From Candidatus Rokuibacteriota bacterium (GTDB taxonomy: Bacteria > Methylomirabilota > Methylomirabilia > Rokubacteriales > CSP1-6): a stretch of DNA of 64,000 nucleotides. Below, one piece after another: positions 37,568-46,145 of the stretch; position 1 is the stretch's first letter; every line of letters begins with the position of its first letter. A program made the translations under genes and the position numbers. Location of the stretch: the NCBI GenBank assembly GCA_003220265.1, contig QHRW01000110.1:30395-94394 (forward strand), written 5' to 3'. Below the pieces are notes generated by a model. That model searched no databases, was not told where the DNA came from, and saw only the letters and a list, made by a program, of their open reading frames with translations.

Positions 37568-37787
37568 GTCATGGCTCCCCGGGGGGTCCCATACGCAGTG
37601 GTCATGCCATACCCGGGCGAATTACCCGAAAGCCTGCTACGGAAGGTAGTTACGGGCTTGTTCAGAGGGGGAGGGAGCCGCTCGAGTCAGCACGGCGCGC
37701 CCTTCTAGCACGCCAATCTGTCACCCATGGCCGGATTCCGTCCTGGGTCCGCGACGCTGCGGGGGTGGTGCCGCTAGAATCGAGCGC

Positions 37788-39302
37788 GTGACCATCGAGG
37801 ACCTCGTCGGCGAACGGCTCATGATCGGCCTCAGCGGCGCCACGCTCTCCGATGCCGACGTGCGCGTGTTCCAGGACACCCGCGCGGCCGGCCTCATCCT
37901 CTATCGGCGCAACTACGAGGGGCCGGCTGCGCTGGCCACGCTCCTCGACGCGCTGGAGTCCGCGCTCGGTCGGCGGCTGCTCGTCGCCACCGATCACGAG
38001 GGCGGGCGCATCGTCATGCTCGGCGCGGGCACGACGATCTTTCCGGACAACCTCGCAATGGGGACCGCGGGCGAGGAGGCCTTCGCGTTTCGCCAGGGAC
38101 AGTTCGAGGCGCGCGAGCTGCGGCGGCTCGGGATCGATCTCAACCTGGGGCCGTGCCTGGACGTGCTGACCGAGCGCTACAGCCCCAACATCGGCATCCG
38201 CTCGTACGGCAAGGACCCGCGCATCGTGTCGCGTTACGGCGTGGCGCGCATCCGCGGCATGGCGCGCGGCGGCCTCTCGGCGTGCGCCAAGCATTTCCCC
38301 GGCAAGGGGCACTCGCCGCTCGACGCGCATCTCAAGCTGCCCACGATCGACTCCACGCCGGAGGAGATGCGCGCCACGCACCTGCCGCCGTTCCTCGAGG
38401 CGATGGCCGCCGGCGTGGCCGCCGTCATGACCTCGCACCCGGTCTATCCCAAGCTCGACCCGAGCGGCGTGCCGGCCACGTTCTCGCGGCGGCTGGTGGG
38501 GGACTGGCTGCGCGGCGAGCTGAATTTCGCCGGCGTCATCGCGTCCGACGACCTCGAGATGGGCGCGGTGAGCGAGACGTGTCCCATCGGCGAGGCCGCC
38601 GTCCGCACGGCCGCCGCCGGCCACGACCTGCTCCTGGTCTGCCACACCGCGCCCGCGCAGCGCGCCGCGGCCGTGGCGCTCGTGGAGGCGTATCGCAGCG
38701 GGCGACTTCCGCTGGCCGAGGGCGAGGCCGCGGCCGAGCGGGTGCGCCGCCTGCGGCTGCTGCGCGCGGCGCGCCGCGAAGGCGGCCCGCCCGCCCCCGA
38801 GCCCGACGCCCGGCCGCTCGCGCAGGCCATCGCCACGCGCGCCGTCACCGAGGTCGGCCACGGCGCCGTCGATTTACGCCGCGCGCTCAACGGCCGCGTG
38901 GCCGTCGTCTTCCCGCGGTTCTCCGACCTGGCGCCGCGGATCACCATCGAGCCGGAGATCGCCGACGAGCGCGGCTGGGTCGCGGGCGCCTTCGGCAGCG
39001 CCGGCATCACGCCGGAGACGCTGGTGGTGGGCATCGAGCCGACCGCGGACGAGATTGCCGCGGCCGCCAAGCGCGCGGCGGCGGCGGACGCCACCGTGCT
39101 GTTCCTCTTCGACGCGCACCTCTACGCGTCGAACCGCGCGCTGCTGGAGGCCGTGCAGGCGCAGGCGCGCCGGCTGGCCGTGGTGCTGCTGCGCGACCCC
39201 TACGACGCCGCGCTGCTGGCGCCCGGCGTGCGCGGGCTCACGGCTTACGGGTTTCGGAAGTGCCAGCTCGACGCAGTCGTGGCGAGGCTGACGCACCCCT
39301 GA
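37788..39302 (+). CDS. nagZ: beta-N-acetylhexosaminidase (GH3, NagZ-like)
   Basis: GH3 N-terminal domain with the KHFPG/GKGHSPLDAH region and DDLEMGA. 504 aa. Confidence 0.9.
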   Translation: MTIEDLVGERLMIGLSGATLSDADVRVFQDTRAAGLILYRRNYEGPAALATLLDALESALGRRLLVATDHEGGRIVMLGAGTTIFPDNLAMGTAGEEAFAFRQGQFEARELRRLGIDLNLGPCLDVLTERYSPNIGIRSYGKDPRIVSRYGVARIRGMARGGLSACAKHFPGKGHSPLDAHLKLPTIDSTPEEMRATHLPPFLEAMAAGVAAVMTSHPVYPKLDPSGVPATFSRRLVGDWLRGELNFAGVIASDDLEMGAVSETCPIGEAAVRTAAAGHDLLLVCHTAPAQRAAAVALVEAYRSGRLPLAEGEAAAERVRRLRLLRAARREGGPPAPEPDARPLAQAIATRAVTEVGHGAVDLRRALNGRVAVVFPRFSDLAPRITIEPEIADERGWVAGAFGSAGITPETLVVGIEPTADEIAAAAKRAAAADATVLFLFDAHLYASNRALLEAVQAQARRLAVVLLRDPYDAALLAPGVRGLTAYGFRKCQLDAVVARLTHP

Positions 39303-40770
39303 GCCGGCTGGCGGCGAGGGCGATCGCGATCGTCCCCACCGTGCCCACGATCACCAGCCACGACCACGCGAAGGGCAGCACACCGGTCTCCGACAGCACC
39401 AGCAGCACGAGATTCACGAGGGCCATGGCGATCATGGCCAGCACGTTGGCGCTGTCGGCCACCGGGCGGCGTGTGAGCAGGCCGAGCAGGAACACGCCGA
39501 GCAGCGAGCCGAACGTCACGCCCGCAATCTTGAAGGCCAGCCACAGGATCTTGTCGAAGAACGAGAACGCGTAGGCGATCACGCCCAGCAGGACGCCGAA
39601 GGCCACCACGCTGATCCGCGAGATCAGCAGATAGTGCCGCTCGGAGCGGTTGCGCGCCAGCAGCGGCCGGTAGATGTCGGTGACGAACGACGCGGCCAGC
39701 GAGCCGAGCGGCGAGTCGATCGAGGCCAGCACGATGGCGCTCAGCATGAGACCGCGCAGCACCGCGGGCATCATCTGCTGCACGTAGTGCGGCAGGATCT
39801 CGTCGGGCCGTGATACCGGCAGCTCGGGATGCTGCGTGTAGAAGGTGAAGAGCGCGGCGCCGAGGCCCAGGTAGATGGCCAGCGTCAGCAGCGTGCCGAT
39901 CGGCGTCAGGGCCAGTGTCCGCTGACTTTCCTGGCGTGTCTCCACCGTCAGCAACCGCTGCATGAGGTCGTGGTCGGTCCCGAAGGCGGCCATGGACCCG
40001 ACGAGGCCGTTGAGCACCGCCACCCACACGATGTTCGGCTCGGTGAGCACGCGCCGCCAGAAGTCCGGCTCGCTCGGCGACGGACCCCAGTTGATGACGT
40101 TGAGCCGGCCCGCCTCGCCCGCCAGCTGGACGATGGCGGCAGCGCCGCCCTCGATGTGCGACAGGAGGTAGGCCAGCGTGATGCCGCCAGCCAGCAGGAA
40201 CGTCAGCGCCTGGAACACGTTGGTCCACACCACCGCCTTCACGCCGCCGGTGACGATGTAGAGGATCGACACCACGCTGAACACGACCAGCGTCGGCACC
40301 AGCGGCCAGCCCATCAGGATCGCCACGGCCAGCGCAGCCGCCATGAGCCGTACCCCCGAGCCGGCCAGACGGGTGATGAAGAAGAAGATCGACGCCGTGA
40401 CCTGCGTGGCGCGGCCGAAGCGATGCGCCAGGAACTCGTAGATGGTCGTGACGTCGTGACGGTAGAAGGCCGGGATGAACAGGAAGGCCACCGCGAACTT
40501 GGCCAGGCTGGAGCCGACGAAGAACTGCGCGTACTCCCAGTTCTCGCTGTAGGCGGTGGCCGGCACCGAGATGATCGTGACCGCGCTGATCTCGGTGGCC
40601 AGGAAGCTGAGGCAGGCCGCCCACCAGGGCACGCGGCGGCGCGCCAGGAAGAAGTCGACGGTGTCGTGCTGCTCGCGGCTGAGGGCGAAGCCGATGGCCA
40701 GGAGGACCCCGAGGGCGACGGCAAGGACGGCATAATCGGGCCAGGTGAGCGACGAGGACGTGACGGGCAC
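39238..40770 (-). CDS. sodium:solute symporter family transporter
   Basis: About 13 TM helices with SSF-family similarity. Convergent with nagZ and overlaps it by 65 nt. Confidence 0.85.
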   Translation of the reverse strand: MPVTSSSLTWPDYAVLAVALGVLLAIGFALSREQHDTVDFFLARRRVPWWAACLSFLATEISAVTIISVPATAYSENWEYAQFFVGSSLAKFAVAFLFIPAFYRHDVTTIYEFLAHRFGRATQVTASIFFFITRLAGSGVRLMAAALAVAILMGWPLVPTLVVFSVVSILYIVTGGVKAVVWTNVFQALTFLLAGGITLAYLLSHIEGGAAAIVQLAGEAGRLNVINWGPSPSEPDFWRRVLTEPNIVWVAVLNGLVGSMAAFGTDHDLMQRLLTVETRQESQRTLALTPIGTLLTLAIYLGLGAALFTFYTQHPELPVSRPDEILPHYVQQMMPAVLRGLMLSAIVLASIDSPLGSLAASFVTDIYRPLLARNRSERHYLLISRISVVAFGVLLGVIAYAFSFFDKILWLAFKIAGVTFGSLLGVFLLGLLTRRPVADSANVLAMIAMALVNLVLLVLSETGVLPFAWSWLVIVGTVGTIAIALAASRLRGASASPRLRRAGTSETRKP

Positions 40771-40801
40771 GCCCCATCTTATTACAGGGCGCGTCCTGGA
40801 C

Positions 40802-41428
40802 TCAGTAACGCGGCGTGCGGATGAGGGCGGCGCCCTCCGAGGTCTGCTTGCGCAGGCGCTCCACCAGCGCGGCGTACGACTCGCGCTGCAGGATGCGCGA
40901 GAACTCGCTGCGGTAGGTGGAGACGAAGCTCACGTTGTCGATCAGGATGTCGTAGACCTTCCAGCGGCCGTCCTTGAGCTGCAGGCGATAGTCGAGCGGC
41001 GTCTCCGTGTTGCGCCGGGTGATGACCTTGGAGCGCACCGTGGCGAAGGGCCCATCGACGATCTCGCCCAGGTAGACGATCTTCTCCCCGGAGTAGGCCT
41101 CGATGCGGCCGATATAGCTGCGCTCGAGCAGGTCCGTGAACAGGCGGGTGAACTCGGCCTGCTCTTCCGGCGTCCGGCTCGTCCACTGCCGCGAGAGCGC
41201 GCGGCGGGAGATCTCGTCGAAGTCGAAGAGGTCGGTCGCCACGCGGCGGATCTCGATCCGGCGCTGTTCGGCGACGAGGCGCCGGTTGGGCTCGGGCGTG
41301 TCGACGTCGGCCTTCTGGAGGGCGAGGATCACGCGGGACACGGCGGACTGGACGACGTCGCGCGGGCCCACCGCCGATCCGCTCACGGCACCCGCCACCA
41401 GCAGCCAGGCCACGAGAGCCTTTCCCAT
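40802..41428 (-). CDS. MlaC/Ttg2D-family periplasmic binding protein
   Basis: Signal peptide MGKALVAWLLVAGAVSGSAVG. MlaC-like blocks are present (WKVYDILIDNVSFVSTYRSEF). Lies 31 nt upstream of the SSS transporter on the same strand. Confidence 0.75.
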   Translation of the reverse strand: MGKALVAWLLVAGAVSGSAVGPRDVVQSAVSRVILALQKADVDTPEPNRRLVAEQRRIEIRRVATDLFDFDEISRRALSRQWTSRTPEEQAEFTRLFTDLLERSYIGRIEAYSGEKIVYLGEIVDGPFATVRSKVITRRNTETPLDYRLQLKDGRWKVYDILIDNVSFVSTYRSEFSRILQRESYAALVERLRKQTSEGAALIRTPRY

Positions 41429-41552
41429 GTGCACGCTCTCCCGGATGACAAGGAGAAGCATGCCCTGTGCCACCCCCGGCTCTCTTCTAAGGCGGCGATT
41501 TCCCACCTCGGCCGCTGGCCCTTGCGCCCGCATAATGACAACACTGTCAGCC

Positions 41553-42374
41553 ATGTCTCACACCGGACAGCGGCCTGCGCCGCTCGCCGTCGGGATCGAC
41601 CTCGGCGGCACCTGGCTCCGCCTCGTGGCCCTGCGCGACGGGCACGTGGTCCGCGGTGCGCACCGGGCGATTCCACTGTCGAAACTCTCCAAGTTTTTAC
41701 CCACCCGTTCAGGGGGGGGCCGGATCGCCTCGCTGGTGGTGGCCTCGCGCGGCGTGTGGACGCCCGCCGAGCGCCGCGCCGCGCGGCGGCGGCTGCGCGG
41801 CGCGGCCGCGCGCGTGGAGGTGATCTCCGACGCGGAGGCGGCGCTGCTGGGCGCGCTCGATGCGCAGCCCGGCGTGCTCGTGCTGGCCGGCACCGGCTCG
41901 ATCGTGCTCGGACGCGACGCGGGCGGACGGCTCGCGCGCGCCGGTGGGCTCGGTCCGCTGCTCGGCGACGAGGGCTCGGCGTTCTGGCTCGGCCGCGAAT
42001 GGCTGCGCGTGACGGCCACGACCGCGCGGGCACGCGCGCTGGCGCGGCATCCCGACGCCGTCGCGCGCGTCGCCGCGCTCGCGCCGCGCGTGCTCGCGCG
42101 CGCGCGGCGCGGCGATCGTCGCGCGCGCGCCATCGTCGCGGCCGGACAGGCCGAGCTCGCCGCGCTCGCCGTCGACGTCATCCGGCGCCTGGGCCTGCGC
42201 GCGCCGGTGCGCGTCTCGTGGAGCGGCGGCCTGCTGGGCCACGCGTGGTATCGCGCCGGCGTGCAGCGCGCGCTCGCGCGTCGCATCGCCTGCCGGTGGA
42301 CGGCGCCCGCCGCCGACGCGGCGCTGGCGGCGGCGCGGCTGGCCGCGCGACGCGCGCCGCGGGGAGGCCGCTGA
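41553..42374 (+). CDS. BadF/BadG/BcrA/BcrD-type ATPase (N-acetylglucosamine/N-acetylmuramate kinase-like)
   Basis: ASKHA-fold motifs LAVGIDLGGT and VLAGTGSIVLG are present. The cell-wall-recycling context suggests a MurK/NagK-type kinase. Confidence 0.75.
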   Translation: MSHTGQRPAPLAVGIDLGGTWLRLVALRDGHVVRGAHRAIPLSKLSKFLPTRSGGGRIASLVVASRGVWTPAERRAARRRLRGAAARVEVISDAEAALLGALDAQPGVLVLAGTGSIVLGRDAGGRLARAGGLGPLLGDEGSAFWLGREWLRVTATTARARALARHPDAVARVAALAPRVLARARRGDRRARAIVAAGQAELAALAVDVIRRLGLRAPVRVSWSGGLLGHAWYRAGVQRALARRIACRWTAPAADAALAAARLAARRAPRGGR

Positions 42375-42376
42375 GC

Positions 42377-42751
42377 GTGCGGCGTCTCGTGGTCACCGTC
42401 TGCCTGCGCGAGCCCGGCGTGGTCCTGCTGCCGGTGGAGCGCGGCGGCCGCGCGCGCCGCCTCGACGCGGCCGCCGTGCTCGCCGAGCTCGAGCGCGTGG
42501 CGGCCAGGCGCGGGCTCGGCGGGCACGTGCAGTTCCGCGAGGGCTGCGCGGGCGGCTGCGGCGCCGAGGGACCCAACGTGGACGTGACGATCTATCCGGA
42601 GCCGCCGCCCGACGGACGGCCCGATCACGTGGCCGTCGGCTGGAAGACGTACGTCTACTCGCTGGCGACCCTCGACTGCCTGGCCACGGTCATCGACGAG
42701 AACCTGGACGCGCCCCGCGCGAAAACACGACGTAGGCGGCGGGGCCGGTGA
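42377..42751 (+). CDS. small thioredoxin-like [2Fe-2S] ferredoxin-like protein (hypothetical)
   Basis: GTG start 2 nt after the kinase stop. Four Cys (VTVC, GCAGGC, DC) arranged as in Trx-like ferredoxins. 124 aa. Confidence 0.45.
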   Translation: MRRLVVTVCLREPGVVLLPVERGGRARRLDAAAVLAELERVAARRGLGGHVQFREGCAGGCGAEGPNVDVTIYPEPPPDGRPDHVAVGWKTYVYSLATLDCLATVIDENLDAPRAKTRRRRRGR

Positions 42752-43988
42752 GCGCGGCCACCACGCCGGCCAGCGTGTTGAGCCAGCCGGCGGTCGCCAT
42801 CGCCACCAGCGACAGCGCCGCCGGCACGACGGCGACCGTGACGGCCGCGCCGAGCCCGCCCGGCACGCGCCACGGCCGCGCCAGCGACGGCTCGCGCAGG
42901 CGCAGCCACACGAACGCGGCCAGCTCCACGAGCAGGCTCAGCGAGTAGAGCCACACGTTGAGGACGATCAGCTCCTTGAACGAGAAGGCGGCGAACGCCG
43001 CGTAGAGCGTCGCCGACACCACCACCGCCGTCCACGGCGTGCCGAAGCGCGGGTGCACGGCGGCCAGCCCCGCGGGCATGAGGCCATCGCGCGCGAGCAC
43101 GTAGGGCAGCCGCGAGTTCGTCAGCAGCAGCGTCAGGAAGAGTCCCGCCGCGCTCAGTACGGCGCCCAGCGCCACCGCGTCGCCGAGGCGCGGCCCGCCC
43201 ATCGCGCGCGCCAGCGCGGGCAGCGCGCCGGTCTGCCACGTCGTCCAGTCGGCGCTCCCGCTGGCCAGCACGGCGCCGACCGGCAAGAGGTACGCCGCCG
43301 TGATGACGGGCAGCGCCACGAACAGCGCACGCCGGAAGCCGTGCTCCGGCGTCTTGGCTTCGCCGAGGCACGTCGAGGGTGTGTCCCAGCCCGAGTAGTT
43401 CCACATCACCACGGCCAGCCCCAGGCCGAGCCCGGCGCCGAGTGATTGCTGCGGCCCGACGAACGGACGCCACGGCACCTGGTTCATGCCGGCCAGGCCG
43501 ACCACGACGAGCGCGGCCACCGGCGCCAGGGCGATCACCGCCAGCGCGACGGCTGCGCGGCCGGTGGGCCGCACGCCCACGACGTTCAGCGCGGTGAGGA
43601 CGACGATGAAGGCGACCGCCAGCAGCCAGCGCTCGAGCGACGTCATGCCCGGATACCAGAATTTCAGGTACTCGACGAAGAGCGCGGGATAGACGGCGAC
43701 GTCCACGAAGCTGTCGATCCACGACCACCAGCCGACCTGGAACGACCAGAAGCGACCGAACGCGCGGCGCACCCAGGTGACGTAGCCGCCCTCGTCCGGC
43801 ATCGCCGCCGCCAGCTCGGCCATGGCCAGCGCCACGGGCAGGCTCCACACGAGCGGCGTGACGGCGAGCAGGACCAAGGCGAGCCCGGGACCAAAGGACG
43901 CCACGACGTCCTCGAGCCCATACGGGCCGCCGCTGACATTGAAGAAGACGATCGCCGCGAGCGGGAGGATCCCCAGCTCGCGCTTCAC
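42690..43988 (-). CDS. APC-family amino acid permease
   Basis: Twelve TM helices with APC similarity. The likely GTG start (VKRELGILPLAAIVFFNVSGGPYG) overlaps the upstream stop (GTGA). Confidence 0.85.
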   Translation of the reverse strand: MKRELGILPLAAIVFFNVSGGPYGLEDVVASFGPGLALVLLAVTPLVWSLPVALAMAELAAAMPDEGGYVTWVRRAFGRFWSFQVGWWSWIDSFVDVAVYPALFVEYLKFWYPGMTSLERWLLAVAFIVVLTALNVVGVRPTGRAAVALAVIALAPVAALVVVGLAGMNQVPWRPFVGPQQSLGAGLGLGLAVVMWNYSGWDTPSTCLGEAKTPEHGFRRALFVALPVITAAYLLPVGAVLASGSADWTTWQTGALPALARAMGGPRLGDAVALGAVLSAAGLFLTLLLTNSRLPYVLARDGLMPAGLAAVHPRFGTPWTAVVVSATLYAAFAAFSFKELIVLNVWLYSLSLLVELAAFVWLRLREPSLARPWRVPGGLGAAVTVAVVPAALSLVAMATAGWLNTLAGVVAALTGPAAYVVFSRGARPGSRR

Positions 43989-44206
43989 CGCTGGACGGCG
44001 GCGATCAGCGCGGGCAACTCCTTGACCCACTCGTCGATCGGGCGCCCGGCATCGACGGTGATCTCCAGCTTGCCGCTGGGCAGCTTGCGCACCTTGCCGG
44101 GCGTGGCCGGCCCCAGCGGGATCACCAGCATCTCGCGGTGGATGTTGAGCGCGTCGGTCACCGCGAAGATGGCGTCGATCTCCTTCATGGTCACGACCTC
44201 AAGCAT
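43985..44206 (-). CDS. small hypothetical protein (73 aa)
   Basis: In frame with the C-terminal part of track ORF 43985..44467 (MLEVVTMKEIDAIFAVTD...). The upstream Arg/Ser-rich part of that track ORF is a wrong-frame artefact over the Ldh_2 gene. Confidence 0.4.
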   Translation of the reverse strand: MLEVVTMKEIDAIFAVTDALNIHREMLVIPLGPATPGKVRKLPSGKLEITVDAGRPIDEWVKELPALIAAVQR

Positions 44207-45233
44207 GCAGGCCCACCTCCTGCGCCACCTCGCGGATCTGCTTCCACGTCGCGTCGTCGATGGGAATCCCGTTGGCGGTCCGCTCGCGCTCCATGCGCGC
44301 CTCCGGCTCGCCCGGCACCAGGATCTCCTTGGCGCCGGCGGCGAGTGGCGCCGAGCGCACCCACTCGACGAGCGACGCCACCTGTGCGTGGAACGCCGCG
44401 GGCTCGACGAAGCGCGCCGGATCGAGGCACACGATGAGCGTGCCGTTGCGGAAGACGGACGGCTCACCGCTGGCCGCGCCGGCGCCGGAGAGGATCCCCG
44501 CCAGGATCTCGACGGCCAGCGACAGCCCGTAACCCTTGTGCCCGCCGGCGGTCAGCAGCGAGCCGACGGGATCGGTGTAGTACTCGCGCGGATCGGTCGA
44601 CGGCTCGCCGCGGCCGTTGAGCATGATGCCGGGCGGCGCGGGCTCGCCGCGGTTGAACTTCACGCGGAGCTTGCCCTCGGCCCACACGCTGGTGGCGAAG
44701 TCGTGCGACATCGCCACGCTGCCGCGCGGCCCCGGAATCGCGACGGCGTGCGGGTTGGTGCCGAGCCGCCGGGCGGCGCCGCCCCACGGCGCCACGTTGA
44801 GGCCGCCGCGGGCGTTGGCCCACACGAGCCCGATCAATCCCTCGCGCGCCGCCGTCTCCGAGTAGTCGGCCAGCCTCCCGACGTGGTTGGCCCCGCGCAG
44901 CGCCACCGCCGCCAGCCCGTGCACCCGCGCCCGCTCGATCGCCAGTGCGATGCCCCGCCGCGCGACGACCTGGCCGAAGCCGCCGTCTCCCTCCAGCACC
45001 GCGATGGTCGGCGTGTCGACCACCAGACGCAGCGTCGGTCGCGGGTTGAGCGTGCCGGCCTTGAGGTTGGCGACGTACTGGGGCACGCGGATCACGCCGT
45101 GCGAGTCGTGTCCACGCAGGTTCGCGCGCACCAGCATCGAGGCGATCCAGGCGGCGTCTTCCGAGGGGACGCCGCGCGCGACGAAGATGTCCTGGGTGAG
45201 GCGCTCCAGCGTGGCGGGGTCGACGGTCGGCAT
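44199..45233 (-). CDS. Ldh_2-family (malate/L-lactate dehydrogenase family 2) oxidoreductase
   Basis: Full-length similarity to the YbiC / ureidoglycolate / delta1-piperideine-2-carboxylate reductase family (HDSHGV, GTNP, GHKGYGL). Confidence 0.85.
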   Translation of the reverse strand: MPTVDPATLERLTQDIFVARGVPSEDAAWIASMLVRANLRGHDSHGVIRVPQYVANLKAGTLNPRPTLRLVVDTPTIAVLEGDGGFGQVVARRGIALAIERARVHGLAAVALRGANHVGRLADYSETAAREGLIGLVWANARGGLNVAPWGGAARRLGTNPHAVAIPGPRGSVAMSHDFATSVWAEGKLRVKFNRGEPAPPGIMLNGRGEPSTDPREYYTDPVGSLLTAGGHKGYGLSLAVEILAGILSGAGAASGEPSVFRNGTLIVCLDPARFVEPAAFHAQVASLVEWVRSAPLAAGAKEILVPGEPEARMERERTANGIPIDDATWKQIREVAQEVGLHA

Positions 45234-45669
45234 GGCGTAACACTACCCCGGCCCATGCGCCGGGAACCCGAAAAGATCCGCCTCGGCGCGTCGTCGTGTC
45301 TGCTCGGTCACACAGTCCGTCACGACGGCGGCCACGAGCGCGACGCGTTCCTCGTGGACACGCTGGCGTCATCGTGGCCGCGACGGATCAAAGACCTCAC
45401 CGCGCATGAACGGCTGGGCCGCGCTGCGCGTGGGCGCGCTCGCGCCTGCACGACCACGTGCTACAGCGCGGGCCGCCGTCGTGCGGCCTCGCGCGCGTGC
45501 TCATGCGGCGCGCGGACGGCGTTCAGTTCGCGGCGCCCCTTGCGCCTTCCCCCACGATTTCGCTAACTGCCGGAAACTTCGCGCCGAAAAGATCATCGTC
45601 CCCGCCCTGCGGGACCACGAAACCATTTCTGTCCGAACGGGCCGATTTCGTATAGTGCAGAAGTTACGT

Positions 45670-45697
45670 CGCACTGTGAAATCGATTACCCAGTGCG
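45670..45697. promoter_or_regulatory. inverted repeat cgcactg-N14-cagtgcg in an AT-richer divergent intergenic region
   Basis: Read from the sequence. It lies in the roughly 500-bp gap between the divergent Ldh_2 and lipoprotein/giant-protein genes. Candidate operator. Confidence 0.25.
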
Positions 45698-45737
45698 GCA
45701 CACGAGCCTGGCGTGGTCCTAGGCCAAAGCAGATGCC

Positions 45738-46145
45738 GTGGATTCCCGAATGTCGCGAGCCGTGATGGTCGCCGTCCTCGCCGCTGGCGCATGCGGCCCA
45801 TCCTTCCCTTCGCCGGGGCGCACTGCCAGTCAGCCGTTGCCGCCCCGCGGCGCGCAGCCCGGCCCTGGCCCGGCGCGCGGCGTCTTTCCGCCGAACGCCA
45901 CCCGTGTGATTGCGACCGTGCAGAAGGTCAGCGGCGACACGCTCACGCTCGAGATCCTCGAGGCCCGCCAGGCACGCCCCGACGTGGCCATCGGCCCGGC
46001 GGTGGGCACCATCGAAGCCGTGTCGCGCGGCCTGCTCGACCCTGCGCTGGCCGGCCGGCGCATCGAGGCCGTCATTTCGATCGTCGGCGACACGCTGGCG
46101 AGCCGGTGGCTGATTTCCGAGATACGGCCCCTCCCCGACCGATGA
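45738..46145 (+). CDS. small hypothetical lipoprotein translationally coupled to the giant protein gene
   Basis: Lipobox AVLAAGAC. The stop overlaps the ATG of the downstream gene (ATGA). Confidence 0.55.
   Translation: MDSRMSRAVMVAVLAAGACGPSFPSPGRTASQPLPPRGAQPGPGPARGVFPPNATRVIATVQKVSGDTLTLEILEARQARPDVAIGPAVGTIEAVSRGLLDPALAGRRIEAVISIVGDTLASRWLISEIRPLPDR

Noticed and set aside
45268-45593. 11-mer ccgaaaagatc repeated twice genome-locally as a meaningful motif on its own
   Set aside because: An 11-mer match can arise by chance in 64 kb. It is kept only as a minor note within the promoter-region finding because both copies fall in the same intergenic region.
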